This document shows positions 18,663 through 27,183 of a stretch of 64,000 bases of DNA, piece after piece. Both the position numbers and the translations under genes were made by a program. Below the pieces are notes generated by a model, which was given only the letters and a program-made list of their open reading frames with translations, did not search any database and was not told where the DNA came from. The stretch's first letter is position 1, and every line of letters begins with the position of its first letter. The DNA comes from Candidatus Saccharimonadia bacterium (GTDB taxonomy: Bacteria > Patescibacteriota > SICC01), in assembly GCA_025449535.1 (NCBI GenBank), contig JANWJF010000001.1:68279-132278 (forward strand). The letters are read 5' to 3'.

Positions 18663-19574
18663 CTATCGGCTGTCCGCGTCGTTCCGCTCCGCGACACGGA
18701 GCTTGGCGCTCCGGGCCCGCGGATTCCCCAGGGTCTCCTCGCGCGTCGCGACGATGACCTTCTTGTTCACCGCCTTGAGGCGTCCCGAGTCCCTGACGAA
18801 GCGTTTGACGATCCGGTCTTCCAACGAATGGAAGGTGATGACGAGCAGTCTCCCACCGTTCGGTTCGCCGACCGATGGGTCGGACGTTGCCAGCGCCCCC
18901 TCTAGGGCCGGCAACCCCCGTTCGAGTTCACCGAGCTCGTCGTTGACCGCGATCCTGAGGGCCTGGAAGGTCTGGGTGACCGGGTGGATCTTCCCTCGCC
19001 GGGGCTTCGCCCTGGCGACCGTTTCCGCCAGTTCCAGCGTCGTGGACGGCGGGTCGGCCTTGAGCGCCTTGGCGATGCGCCGCGAGGCGCGTTCCTCGCC
19101 GTAGCGGTAGATCAGGTCGGCCAGGTCCGGCTCCGGGGTCCGGCGGATCAATGCCTCCGCCGGCGTGCCCTGCCCCGGGTCGAACCGGAGGTCGAGCGGC
19201 GCGTCCGTCTGGAACGAGAACCCGCGCGCGTCCAGCTGCCAGGACGAGTAGCCCAGGTCGAGCAGTACGACCGTCGGACGGATGTCCGGCGCCAGCGTCG
19301 GCAGGTCGGCATAGCTTCCCTGCTGCAGCGTGACCCGGTCCCGGAACGGGGCGAGTCGTTTGCCCGCCAGTTCGAGGCTCTGAGAATCGCGGTCAATCCC
19401 GACCAGTCGCGTCTCCGGGAAGCGCTCCAGGATCGCGGCGGCATGGCCACCGAGTCCCAGCGTCCCGTCGACGATGACCTGCCCGGAATCGAGCGTCGAA
19501 TCGTCGTGCGTAAGGTGCGCGAGCACCGCATCAAGCAATACCGGCTGATGCGATGGCTCGGATGCCGCAGGCAT
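18663..19574 (-). CDS. rsmH: 16S rRNA (cytosine1402-N4)-methyltransferase RsmH (MraW)
   Basis: QPVLLDAVLAHL..., VDGTLGLGGHA, LLDLGYSS, ITFHSLEDRIVK. Start set at MPAASEP...; 19604 is an alternative start. Confidence 0.85.
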   Translation of the reverse strand: MPAASEPSHQPVLLDAVLAHLTHDDSTLDSGQVIVDGTLGLGGHAAAILERFPETRLVGIDRDSQSLELAGKRLAPFRDRVTLQQGSYADLPTLAPDIRPTVVLLDLGYSSWQLDARGFSFQTDAPLDLRFDPGQGTPAEALIRRTPEPDLADLIYRYGEERASRRIAKALKADPPSTTLELAETVARAKPRRGKIHPVTQTFQALRIAVNDELGELERGLPALEGALATSDPSVGEPNGGRLLVITFHSLEDRIVKRFVRDSGRLKAVNKKVIVATREETLGNPRARSAKLRVAERNDADSR

Positions 19575-19675
19575 CCGGGAATCGATGTTCCCAAAACGGT
19601 GCATAAGTTTTGTTTTTATAGCGTACCGTTTCCCGGATGACTGTGCGTCCTTACGTGTGGTGTTAAGGTTTTCCC

Positions 19676-19765
19676 TTCGGGCGCCCCATGGGGGCGCCCG
19701 AAAGAAATGTTTGCTTTTTGTTTTGTCCTCGGCGGACCGAGGCATAAAAGCGTTTTGTTTTTTGC
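19676..19765 (+). terminator. Two plus-strand terminator-like hairpins with T-tracts in the mraZ-rsmH intergenic region
   Basis: First hairpin is a perfect 12-bp stem TTCGGGCGCCCC-atg-GGGGCGCCCGAA (19676-19702) followed by TGTTTGCTTTTTGTTTTG. Second hairpin is at 19724-19744 followed by GTTTTGTTTTTTG. They lie antisense to the dcw operon. Confidence 0.35.
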
Positions 19766-19802
19766 CCATCCCCCGACGAACGAGGGTTTAAAGCCTAAGT
19801 TA

Positions 19803-20354
19803 TTAAATGCCGAGCTTCTCCAGCTCCGGCCCGAGCGAATCGAGATCGCTCTCGCCGCGCTGCCGCTCCCAGCGGTCAGTCAGCCAGATCTCGACCCGGT
19901 CGTACAGTCCGACGACCACCGCCTCGATCGGCGCGGTCTGGGACTCGTCCGAGACGAGACCCGCGTGCTTCCGGAGTTCGTTCGACAGGAGGATCCTCCC
20001 CTGCCTATCCGGAGTCACGGGGGTCGCACCTCCCAACAACTCTCGCTGGACCTTGCGCGCCGCCGGGTTCGAGATCGACGGCAGCTTCGCCAGCTTCTCG
20101 GCCAGCGGCTTCCACGCCTCGATCGAATACAGGTACAGGCAGTGTTCGTTACCGCGAGTCACCACCGCGCCTTCCTTCTGGAGCTTCGCCCGGAACTTGG
20201 CCGGGAGCGCCAGGCGCCCCTTGGTGTCCATCTTGTGCGTGTACTCGCCTAGGAACAGCGTGTGCGTGGTCGACCAGACGCCACTATCGAGCCCTTGGAC
20301 GACGCCCGCTTGGACGTCTTTTTTCGTGCCTGATTGTGCGTGTATGTCAGTCAT
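19803..20354 (-). CDS. mraZ: Transcriptional regulator MraZ
   Basis: ...FLGEYTHKMDTKGRLALPAKFR matches the MraZ N-terminal signature. The track ORF carries a 32-aa extension, so the true start is probably internal (the codon for L33 is CTG). Confidence 0.8.
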   Translation of the reverse strand: MTDIHAQSGTKKDVQAGVVQGLDSGVWSTTHTLFLGEYTHKMDTKGRLALPAKFRAKLQKEGAVVTRGNEHCLYLYSIEAWKPLAEKLAKLPSISNPAARKVQRELLGGATPVTPDRQGRILLSNELRKHAGLVSDESQTAPIEAVVVGLYDRVEIWLTDRWERQRGESDLDSLGPELEKLGI

Positions 20355-20360
20355 AAGTTA

Positions 20361-20400
20361 TCCACACTCGTCCACCACTTTTCCCCACTTATCTCCACTT
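20361..20400 (-). promoter_or_regulatory. MraZ-box-like direct repeats (AAGTGG x3 at exact 10-bp periodicity plus a fourth GTGTGG)
   Basis: The plus strand shows CCACTT at 20375-80, 20385-90 and 20395-400. On the mraZ strand these read as GTGG repeats, as in known MraZ operators. Confidence 0.5.
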
Positions 20401-20455
20401 CGCAGGCATAATACCCCACCCGTGCACCACTGTCTACCCCTGGCGCCCACCTGTC

Positions 20456-21154
20456 GTGGTACGCTACTTCGTCATGCAGAACCCTTCCGAGACTCTCAGC
20501 GCCGCGGTCTTCGATTCAGACGGTACGGTCGTGGACACCCGTGAGCTGATCATCGAGGGCTATCTGCGCAGTCTGTATCAAGATGATCCTGAACATAGGT
20601 TCGACCGCACCGCCATCGAGATGGCGATCGGCCAGCCGGTCCCCGAGACCTACGCACGGTTATTGGGACTGCCCAAGGACGACCCGCGTGTCATCGAGCT
20701 GAGCCGGCAGCACGACACGGTCCAGGACGGCTTGGTGCATCTCGTCGAGGAGTACGTCGGCATGATCGAACTGCTAGAGAAGCTGAGGGCCAACCGGAAG
20801 AAAGTCGGGATGTTTACCAGCGGGACGATTCCTCACATCGAACGGAACTTCCGAGCCGTCGGGTATTCCGTGCATGACCTCTTCGACGCTACCGTCACGG
20901 TCGAGGACGGACCTACGGCAAAACCGGATGGCGAAGGTATCGTGATTTGTTGCCAGCAGCTCGACGTACCGGTCGACGAGACGGCGTTCGTCGGGGACAG
21001 TCGGTACGACATTCTCGCCAGCAAGGACGCCGGGGTCGGCATCACCGTGGGGGTTACCCACGGATTCGGCACCGAGCAAGAGCTATATGAAGCCGGAGCC
21101 GATTACGTCGTCGGCGATCCGGCGGCGCTGGAAGCGATCTTGCTCGATTCCTAG
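20456..21154 (+). CDS. HAD-family hydrolase (phosphoglycolate-phosphatase-like)
   Basis: Motif I FDSDGTVVDT. Motif IV AFVGDSRYDILASKDAGV. 232 aa; 20474 is an alternative start. Confidence 0.75.
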   Translation: MVRYFVMQNPSETLSAAVFDSDGTVVDTRELIIEGYLRSLYQDDPEHRFDRTAIEMAIGQPVPETYARLLGLPKDDPRVIELSRQHDTVQDGLVHLVEEYVGMIELLEKLRANRKKVGMFTSGTIPHIERNFRAVGYSVHDLFDATVTVEDGPTAKPDGEGIVICCQQLDVPVDETAFVGDSRYDILASKDAGVGITVGVTHGFGTEQELYEAGADYVVGDPAALEAILLDS

Positions 21155-22551
21155 GAAAGCTTGTCCGCCAGGTAGTCCTTCAGCTCGACGATCTTCACCC
21201 GTTCCTGCTTCTGGGAGTCGCGCTCGCGGACGGTGACCGCCTGGTCCTCGAGCGAATCGAAGTCGACCGTACAGCACAGCGGCGTACCGATCTCGTCCTG
21301 GCGTCGGTAGCGCTTGCCGATCGAGCCAGTGACATCGTAGTCGAGCATGAAGTCGGTGGCCAGGTCGTCGCGGACCTTCCCGGCCAGCTTGGTGAGTTCC
21401 GGCTTCTTCATCAGCGGCAGGATCGCCGCGCTGATCGGCGCGATCGACGGCTTCAGCTTGAGGACGGTCCGTACGTCGCCCTTCTCATCCGGCTCCTCGG
21501 TGTAGGCGTCGCAGAGCACGGCGAATACGATCCGGTCCGCGCCGCAGGACGGTTCGATCACGTGCGGCAGGAAGGACTTCCCCGACGCGTCATCGAAGTA
21601 TTGCAGATCCTTGCCGGACACCTCCTGGTGTTGCTTGAGGTCGAAATCGGTGCGGTTGGCGATGCCCTCCAGCTCGCTGAAGCCGAACGGAAACTCGTAG
21701 TCGATGTCGCTGGTGCCGGCCGAGTAGTGCGAAAGCTCATCCTTGGTGTGCGGTCGGAGCTTGAGCTTCTTCTTGTCGATACCGAGTACGTCTACGTACC
21801 AGCGCATCCGTTCCTTCTGCCACCACTCGTGCCACTGCTTCGACTCGTCGGGCTTACAGAAGAACTCGATCTCCATCTGCTCGAACTCGCGCAGGCGGAA
21901 GATGAACTTGCCCGGTGTGATCTCGTTGCGGAAGGCCTTGCCGATCTGGGCGATGCCGAACGGCAACTTCTTGCGGGTGGTCGCCTGGACCTCCTTGTAG
22001 TCGACGAAGATCCCCTGCGCCGTCTCGGGGCGGAGGTAGATGGCGGCGTCGTCATCGGCGATGGGGCCGGCGTGCGTCTTAAACATCAGGTTGAAGCTGC
22101 GGACGTCCGTCCAGTCCGCCTGCTTCCCTTCCGGCGTCTTGATCTCGTTCTCTTCGAAGATCTTCGTAAGGTCCTCGTTGCTGAGGCCCTCGACCTTCAT
22201 GCCGAGCTGCTCCTCGATCAGGTGGTCGGCACGGTACCGCTTCTTACTGATCCGGTCGTCGACCAGGGCGTCCGAGAAGTTGGCGGTGTGGCCCGAGGCC
22301 TCCCAGACCTTCGGGTGCATCAGGATGCTGGCGTCCAGCGCCACCATGTTGTCCATCTGCTGGACGTTGGCCTTCAGCCAGGCGTCCTTGATCCGCTGCT
22401 TGAGGAGTGCGCCGTAGTGACCGTAGTCGTAGGTCCCCTGCAGACCGCCGTAGATGTCCGAGCCGCCGAACAGGAACCCGCGCCGCTTGGCGAGGTTCGC
22501 GACCTTTTCCATGGTGACGGCCGGTGCCGATGTCTTTTTCTTGGCTGTCAT
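21151..22551 (-). CDS. glyQS: Glycine--tRNA ligase (alpha2 homodimeric type)
   Basis: 466 aa. FRNEITPGKFIFRLREFEQMEIEFF class II motif 2/3 region. C-terminal anticodon-binding domain present. Confidence 0.9.
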   Translation of the reverse strand: MTAKKKTSAPAVTMEKVANLAKRRGFLFGGSDIYGGLQGTYDYGHYGALLKQRIKDAWLKANVQQMDNMVALDASILMHPKVWEASGHTANFSDALVDDRISKKRYRADHLIEEQLGMKVEGLSNEDLTKIFEENEIKTPEGKQADWTDVRSFNLMFKTHAGPIADDDAAIYLRPETAQGIFVDYKEVQATTRKKLPFGIAQIGKAFRNEITPGKFIFRLREFEQMEIEFFCKPDESKQWHEWWQKERMRWYVDVLGIDKKKLKLRPHTKDELSHYSAGTSDIDYEFPFGFSELEGIANRTDFDLKQHQEVSGKDLQYFDDASGKSFLPHVIEPSCGADRIVFAVLCDAYTEEPDEKGDVRTVLKLKPSIAPISAAILPLMKKPELTKLAGKVRDDLATDFMLDYDVTGSIGKRYRRQDEIGTPLCCTVDFDSLEDQAVTVRERDSQKQERVKIVELKDYLADKLS

Positions 22552-22563
22552 ACGATACCCAGT

Positions 22564-22725
22564 CTAGCGGACTTCGCTCGGAATACAGGAGATCGGCGGT
22601 TCCCAGTTCTCTGGCACGCCGGCGGGCGGGTTGCACGGATCCTCCTGGATGAAGTTCACGTAGATCAAGTAACCCGCGACCACGAAGATAAGTATCAGAA
22701 TCACGGTCTTTAGCATCCGAAACAT
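22564..22725 (-). CDS. Putative small membrane protein (53 aa), not in the ORF track
   Basis: MFRMLKTVILILIFVVAGYLIYVNFIQEDPCNPPAGVPENWEPPISCIPSEVR. Its start overlaps the recO stop (TAATG). Lies between recO and glyQS on the same strand. Confidence 0.3.
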   Translation of the reverse strand: MFRMLKTVILILIFVVAGYLIYVNFIQEDPCNPPAGVPENWEPPISCIPSEVR

Positions 22726-23495
22726 TAGCCCCGCCCTACGAGGTTAAGGAACCGCCGGCTTTTCGGCTCGCGTTCCAGGTGGTGATGGACCAGCCGCTCG
22801 AGCAGGTTGCTGGTCTCCTTCTTGATCGGGTCGCGGACCATGATGCCCGATGCCTCGGCGAACGCCCGCTCCGAGAAGGCGCGCAGCAGCTTGACCGCTT
22901 CCGGGCTGACCCGAATCGCTTCCGGGTCGGTCACCACGCACTCCTTGCAAAGCACCCCGCCAAGTCCCGGTGAGAACGCGAGGTCGCTCGGAAAGAGCTT
23001 GCGGCCGCACTCGATGCAGGCGTAGAGGTCCGGTCGCAGGCCGGCCAGCGTGATCGCCTGCCACTGGTAGTAGTCCGCTACCAAGCGTGGCTCGTAGCCG
23101 CCCTCGAGCGCTTGGAACGCCGCCCGGACCAGCGACAGCACCTGCCGCGAGACGTCCTCGTCGGCGTTCAGCTTGCCGACCAGTTCGGAGAGGTAGCTCG
23201 CCACGGCGACCCGATCGAGGTCGGTGCGGATGCCCTGGAAGTGGCTGATCGCCTTGGCGCCGGCAATCACCGGCAGATCGCCGCGACCCTTGGCCAGGAG
23301 CAGGTCGACGTACGTGAACGGCTCCAGGTGGCCGGCTAGCTTGGAGCGGATCTTGCGGACGCCGCGTGCCACCGCCCGGATTTTCCCGCGGTCGTCGGTG
23401 AAGACCTCCAGGATCCGGTCCGCCTCCCCGACGTCGATGGTGCGGAGCACCACGCCTTTTGTCTTGCTCAGGCTCACCCGTTCAGTATACGTCAA
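22725..23495 (-). CDS. recO: DNA repair protein RecO
   Basis: 256 aa. N-terminal OB-fold block VLRTIDVGEADRILEVFT. C-terminal Cys4 zinc motif CIECGRK...CKEC. Confidence 0.8.
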   Translation of the reverse strand: MTYTERVSLSKTKGVVLRTIDVGEADRILEVFTDDRGKIRAVARGVRKIRSKLAGHLEPFTYVDLLLAKGRGDLPVIAGAKAISHFQGIRTDLDRVAVASYLSELVGKLNADEDVSRQVLSLVRAAFQALEGGYEPRLVADYYQWQAITLAGLRPDLYACIECGRKLFPSDLAFSPGLGGVLCKECVVTDPEAIRVSPEAVKLLRAFSERAFAEASGIMVRDPIKKETSNLLERLVHHHLEREPKSRRFLNLVGRG

Positions 23496-23628
23496 CGACC
23501 GGCGGACCCTGCGGCAAGCGGACGTCCTGAGGTTTCGTCGGAATATCTCTTTCGGGCCATGATCAGCAACGTTCCGCTGTCGCGGGGTTCGCCGGTCCGA
23601 ATGAATAGAGGGCGCCGGGCGCCCCGGA

Positions 23629-24432
23629 TTACGGCAACTGCCGCAGGTCGAGGTACTCCGGCAGGTCAGCGGCCAGGAGCGACGGCCCCTTGTCCTCCCC
23701 AGCCCGCTCGGACGCGTCCTTCAGCGCCGCCGCGCCGACCTTGGCGGCCTCCAGCGGCTCCAGCCCCCGGGCCAGCAGCGCCCCGACGATGCCGGTCAGG
23801 ACGTCCCCGGTGCCGGCCTTGGCCAGGAACGGCGAGCCGCCCTCTATCTCGACCAGCGTCTTGCCGTCGCTGACGTAGTCCGTCGGTCCCTTGGCGAGGA
23901 TCGTCGCGCCGTAGCCCTTGGCCAGCTCGCGGATCGTCTTCTTCACGTCGGCCTTAGGGTCGCCTTCCAGCAATCCATACTCCTCGCGGTTCGGCGTCAG
24001 GACGACGCGCCTGTCCACGAGCAGCTTCTCCGGCTTGCGTTCCTCTGCCAATAGCCGCAGCGCGTCCGCGTCGATCACCATCGGCCCGCTGAACTCCTTG
24101 AGGACGCCCTCCAGGAAACGGCGGGAACTTCCTTCCAAGGTCAGGCCTGAGCCGATCGCCACAGGGTAACCCCGGAACGGCGAGACGTCCTCGAGGTGCC
24201 CCTTCTCGAACTCGGTACCCTCGAGCCGGATCGTGACGGTGTCGGGCCGGGCCACCAGGATCGCGTCGGCAGCGCGGGCCGGGGCGGCCGCCACTACCAG
24301 GTCGACGCCTGTGCGCAGGGCGCCGGAGGTGACGTGTACCGCCGCGCCGGCGAACCGGGCGCTGCCGGCCAGGACCAGGAGCTTGCCCCAGTCCCCTTTC
24401 GCGAGATTCTCCGGCCGTTCGGTGAGCTTCAT
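23629..24432 (-). CDS. nnrD: NAD(P)H-hydrate dehydratase (YjeF C-terminal domain)
   Basis: Trimmed to MKLTERPENLAKGDWGKLLVLAGS... Also carries GAAVHVTSGALRTG and LTPN.EE motifs of the ribokinase-like fold. Confidence 0.75.
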   Translation of the reverse strand: MKLTERPENLAKGDWGKLLVLAGSARFAGAAVHVTSGALRTGVDLVVAAAPARAADAILVARPDTVTIRLEGTEFEKGHLEDVSPFRGYPVAIGSGLTLEGSSRRFLEGVLKEFSGPMVIDADALRLLAEERKPEKLLVDRRVVLTPNREEYGLLEGDPKADVKKTIRELAKGYGATILAKGPTDYVSDGKTLVEIEGGSPFLAKAGTGDVLTGIVGALLARGLEPLEAAKVGAAALKDASERAGEDKGPSLLAADLPEYLDLRQLP

Positions 24433-24511
24433 ATCTATCCACAGCCTACCAGACCGCCAGGCGGTTTCCGGCGTATGATGACGCCACGTGCACCCCAACA
24501 AGGAGGCCTCG

Positions 24512-24667
24512 ATGGGTACGGTAGTCGCGATCGCGACGCTTCCGTTCCGACTGGTCGGCATGTCATGGGAGCGAGGAGAAGCCAGGATCAAGGGGGTAAT
24601 CGACTGGCTGGAATACGAGACCTCGTACACGCGACGCCATCCGCATCTCGACCCGCGCCGCAGATGA
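24512..24667 (+). CDS. Candidate small ORF (51 aa) with strong SD, not in the ORF track
   Basis: AGGAGG (24501-24506), 5-nt spacer, then ATG. Translates MGTVVAIATLPFRLVGMSWERGEARIKGVIDWLEYETSYTRRHPHLDPRRR. Confidence 0.25.
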   Translation: MGTVVAIATLPFRLVGMSWERGEARIKGVIDWLEYETSYTRRHPHLDPRRR

Positions 24668-24836
24668 CATCCGACGTCCGCACCGTTCCGGCCTTCGCTC
24701 GCTTCCCAGCACCCCCTTGAGCGAAGGCCGGCCCACCCCCAATACCCGCGATGCTGTCGCGGTGTCCTTTATGAAAGTGAGTTCCGGCGGGCGGGGGCGC
24801 GTGATGCGCGGTCCCGCCCGCCGGGCGTCAGTCGGA

Positions 24837-25451
24837 TCAGGCCTTGAACTCAGCCAGGAGAAAGTCGGTCGGATCTTTCTCGATGACCGTGCCCTCCGGA
24901 GGCTCTTCATCCCGCTGTTCGATGACCTTGTTGAGCTCTTTCAGGTCGATCTGCAGTTCGAACAGGTCGTTGAACTGATCGGGGAAATGCTTCGCGACCA
25001 AGGCCAGGAATCGCAGCATCTCCAACGGATCGTCGGTCCCCGTGGGCTTGATGACGCAGCCCTTGAGGACTTTCTTTGCACCATCGCCGCCCTCGAGCAA
25101 CCAGCTGCAGAGCTCCCGGTTGTCTCCGACTTCGAAGCCGGTGCGCTCGACCAGCATCGTGCGGAACGGCCGTTTCCCGCGATGCGAGACGACGCCGGAG
25201 ATCCCCTTCTGCCGGAACGGCTTGAGGATCTTTTCCACCAAGCCGCGGTCCTCGGAATTCTGGCTCTCCAGCTCCGTGATCTTGTCCCGCCTGCGGCGGA
25301 CCCGGCGCCCGATCGCGACGGCGGACCGAAGCTTCAGGCTCTGCCGGACCGTGAGTTTGACCTCCTCGGTTCCCGGCAGCGTGACCGCCGCCCAACCTCG
25401 AAGAAGCGGACGGCGCTCGTACTTGATACCGCTTGAAAAACGACGAGCCAT
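24837..25451 (-). CDS. Hypothetical protein (function not recognised)
   Basis: Trimmed to MARRFSSG... (205 aa). Basic N-terminus, acidic C-terminus. A nested GC hairpin CCGGCGGGCGGG...CCCGCCCGCCGG sits just downstream at 24785-24826. Confidence 0.5.
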   Translation of the reverse strand: MARRFSSGIKYERRPLLRGWAAVTLPGTEEVKLTVRQSLKLRSAVAIGRRVRRRRDKITELESQNSEDRGLVEKILKPFRQKGISGVVSHRGKRPFRTMLVERTGFEVGDNRELCSWLLEGGDGAKKVLKGCVIKPTGTDDPLEMLRFLALVAKHFPDQFNDLFELQIDLKELNKVIEQRDEEPPEGTVIEKDPTDFLLAEFKA

Positions 25452-25597
25452 GGCCCGCCCCCTTCCTGTCTCGGAATGAACTACTGACCCTCTCAGTCTA
25501 GCGCAACCAAGCCGATTTTCATCCAAGCGGCCGTACCGCCGAGCCGCCAGGGAGGTCAGACCGGCGTTTTTTCTGGTAAGCTAATTCCATTGCAGTC

Positions 25598-25816
25598 ATG
25601 CGATACGAACGACACATCAAGGACTTCGCTTGGGCCACCGCCATCACAGTGGTCATAGTCCCCGCCAACGCCCACGCCTACATCGACCCGGGCACCGGGA
25701 GCGTGATCATCCAGGCGGTCATCGGCGCCGTCGTGGCGGTGGGATTCTTCCTCAAGACGAACTGGCTCCGCGTGAAGACTTTCTTCAAGAAGCTCTTCGG
25801 CAAGAACAAGAAGTAA
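25598..25816 (+). CDS. Small membrane/secreted protein
   Basis: 72 aa. Signal-like VVIVPANAHA followed by TM helix IIQAVIGAVVAVGFFL. It is the first gene of a 3-gene plus-strand operon. Confidence 0.45.
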   Translation: MRYERHIKDFAWATAITVVIVPANAHAYIDPGTGSVIIQAVIGAVVAVGFFLKTNWLRVKTFFKKLFGKNKK

Positions 25817-25823
25817 GCCCGCG

Positions 25824-27182
25824 ATGATTGAGCGTCATCCCGCTTCGTTCCGCGACCGCTCGGGCTACATCTACCGGAAGAACGGCGTCCTCCTGCGTTC
25901 GGTCGAACAGCCGTACAAAGAGGAATACGACCGCCTGATGGCATCGGGTTTGTATGACGAGCTCGTCGGCGACGGTCTGCTGATCCCCCACCGGGAGGTC
26001 GCCGGCAAGGATAAGGTCCGCGGCTCGTACAAGACGATCCGTCCGGAAGAGGTCGGGTTCGTCTCGTACCCGTACGAATGGAGCTTTTCGCAGTACAAGG
26101 ACGCCGCCCTGGCCACACTGGAGATCCAGCGCCGGGCGCTCGAGCAAGGCATGACCCTGAAGGACGCCAGCGCCTACAACATCCAGTTCCACAACGGCGG
26201 GCCGCTCCTGATCGACACGCTCTCGTTCGAGCGATACGAGAAGGGCGCGCCGTGGGTCGCCTACCGACAGTTCTGTCAGCACTTCCTCGCCCCCCTGCTC
26301 CTGATGAGCGCGACGGACGTCCGGCTCGGACAGCTGATGCGGATCCACCTCGACGGCATCCCGCTGGACCTGGCGGTCGAGCTGCTGCCGAAGAAGACCA
26401 AGCTCCGCCCTGGCGTCTATCTGCACCTGGTGCTCCACGCCAAGGCGCAGCAGAAGCACGAGTCCCGCGCCAAGGCGGCCAAGCCGCGCAAGGTCAACCT
26501 GAAGGCCCTGATCTCCAGCCTGGAAAGCCTCGTCAAGAAGCTGGACTGGAAGCCGGCCGGCACCGAATGGGGCAACTACTACACGTTCACCAACTACACG
26601 GACAAGGCCTTCCGCGAGAAGGGCAAACTGGTCCGCAGCATGACCCGCAAGGTGAAGCCGCAGAGCGTCTGGGACATCGGCGGCAACAACGGCGAGTTCA
26701 GCCGGGTGGCCTCGGACATGGGTATCTTCACGGTGAGCGCGGACGTGGATCCGGCCGCCGTCGAGAAGAACTACCGCAACGTGAAGAAGCTCGACGAGAC
26801 CAACCTGGTCCCGATCGTCCTCGACCTGACCAATCCCAGCCCGGCGATCGGCTGGGCCAACCGGGAGCGCGACCGCTTCCGAAAGCGCGGTCCCGTGGAC
26901 CTGGTCTACTTCCTGGCGCTGATCCACCACATCGCGATCGGCAACAACGTGCCGCTGGCCTCGGTGGCCGACTACGTCTCCCGGATGACCAAGAACTTGA
27001 TCATCGAATGGGTCCCCAAGGGTGACTCGCAGGTGAACATCCTGCTCGCCACCCGCAAGGACATCTTCGACGACTACACGCAGGAAGGCTTCGAGAAGGC
27101 CTTCAAGACCCGGTTCTCGATCGTCCGCAAGACCAAGATCAAGGGCACCAAGCGGACGCTCTATCTGATGAAGAAGAAGTAG
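25824..27182 (+). CDS. Putative SAM-dependent methyltransferase-like protein (Rossmann MTase domain plus N-terminal domain of unknown function)
   Basis: 452 aa. DIGGNNGEFS is a glycine-rich motif I resembling the FkbM/TylF type. Begins 8 nt after the upstream small ORF. Confidence 0.55.
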   Translation: MIERHPASFRDRSGYIYRKNGVLLRSVEQPYKEEYDRLMASGLYDELVGDGLLIPHREVAGKDKVRGSYKTIRPEEVGFVSYPYEWSFSQYKDAALATLEIQRRALEQGMTLKDASAYNIQFHNGGPLLIDTLSFERYEKGAPWVAYRQFCQHFLAPLLLMSATDVRLGQLMRIHLDGIPLDLAVELLPKKTKLRPGVYLHLVLHAKAQQKHESRAKAAKPRKVNLKALISSLESLVKKLDWKPAGTEWGNYYTFTNYTDKAFREKGKLVRSMTRKVKPQSVWDIGGNNGEFSRVASDMGIFTVSADVDPAAVEKNYRNVKKLDETNLVPIVLDLTNPSPAIGWANRERDRFRKRGPVDLVYFLALIHHIAIGNNVPLASVADYVSRMTKNLIIEWVPKGDSQVNILLATRKDIFDDYTQEGFEKAFKTRFSIVRKTKIKGTKRTLYLMKKK

Positions 27183-27183
27183 G

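Noticed and set aside
24196-24720. 174-aa plus-strand ORF overlapping the nnr gene start
   Set aside because: Overlaps a well-supported minus-strand gene and has Gly/Arg/Pro-rich composition. Only the short SD-preceded ORF at 24512-24667 was kept as a low-confidence candidate.
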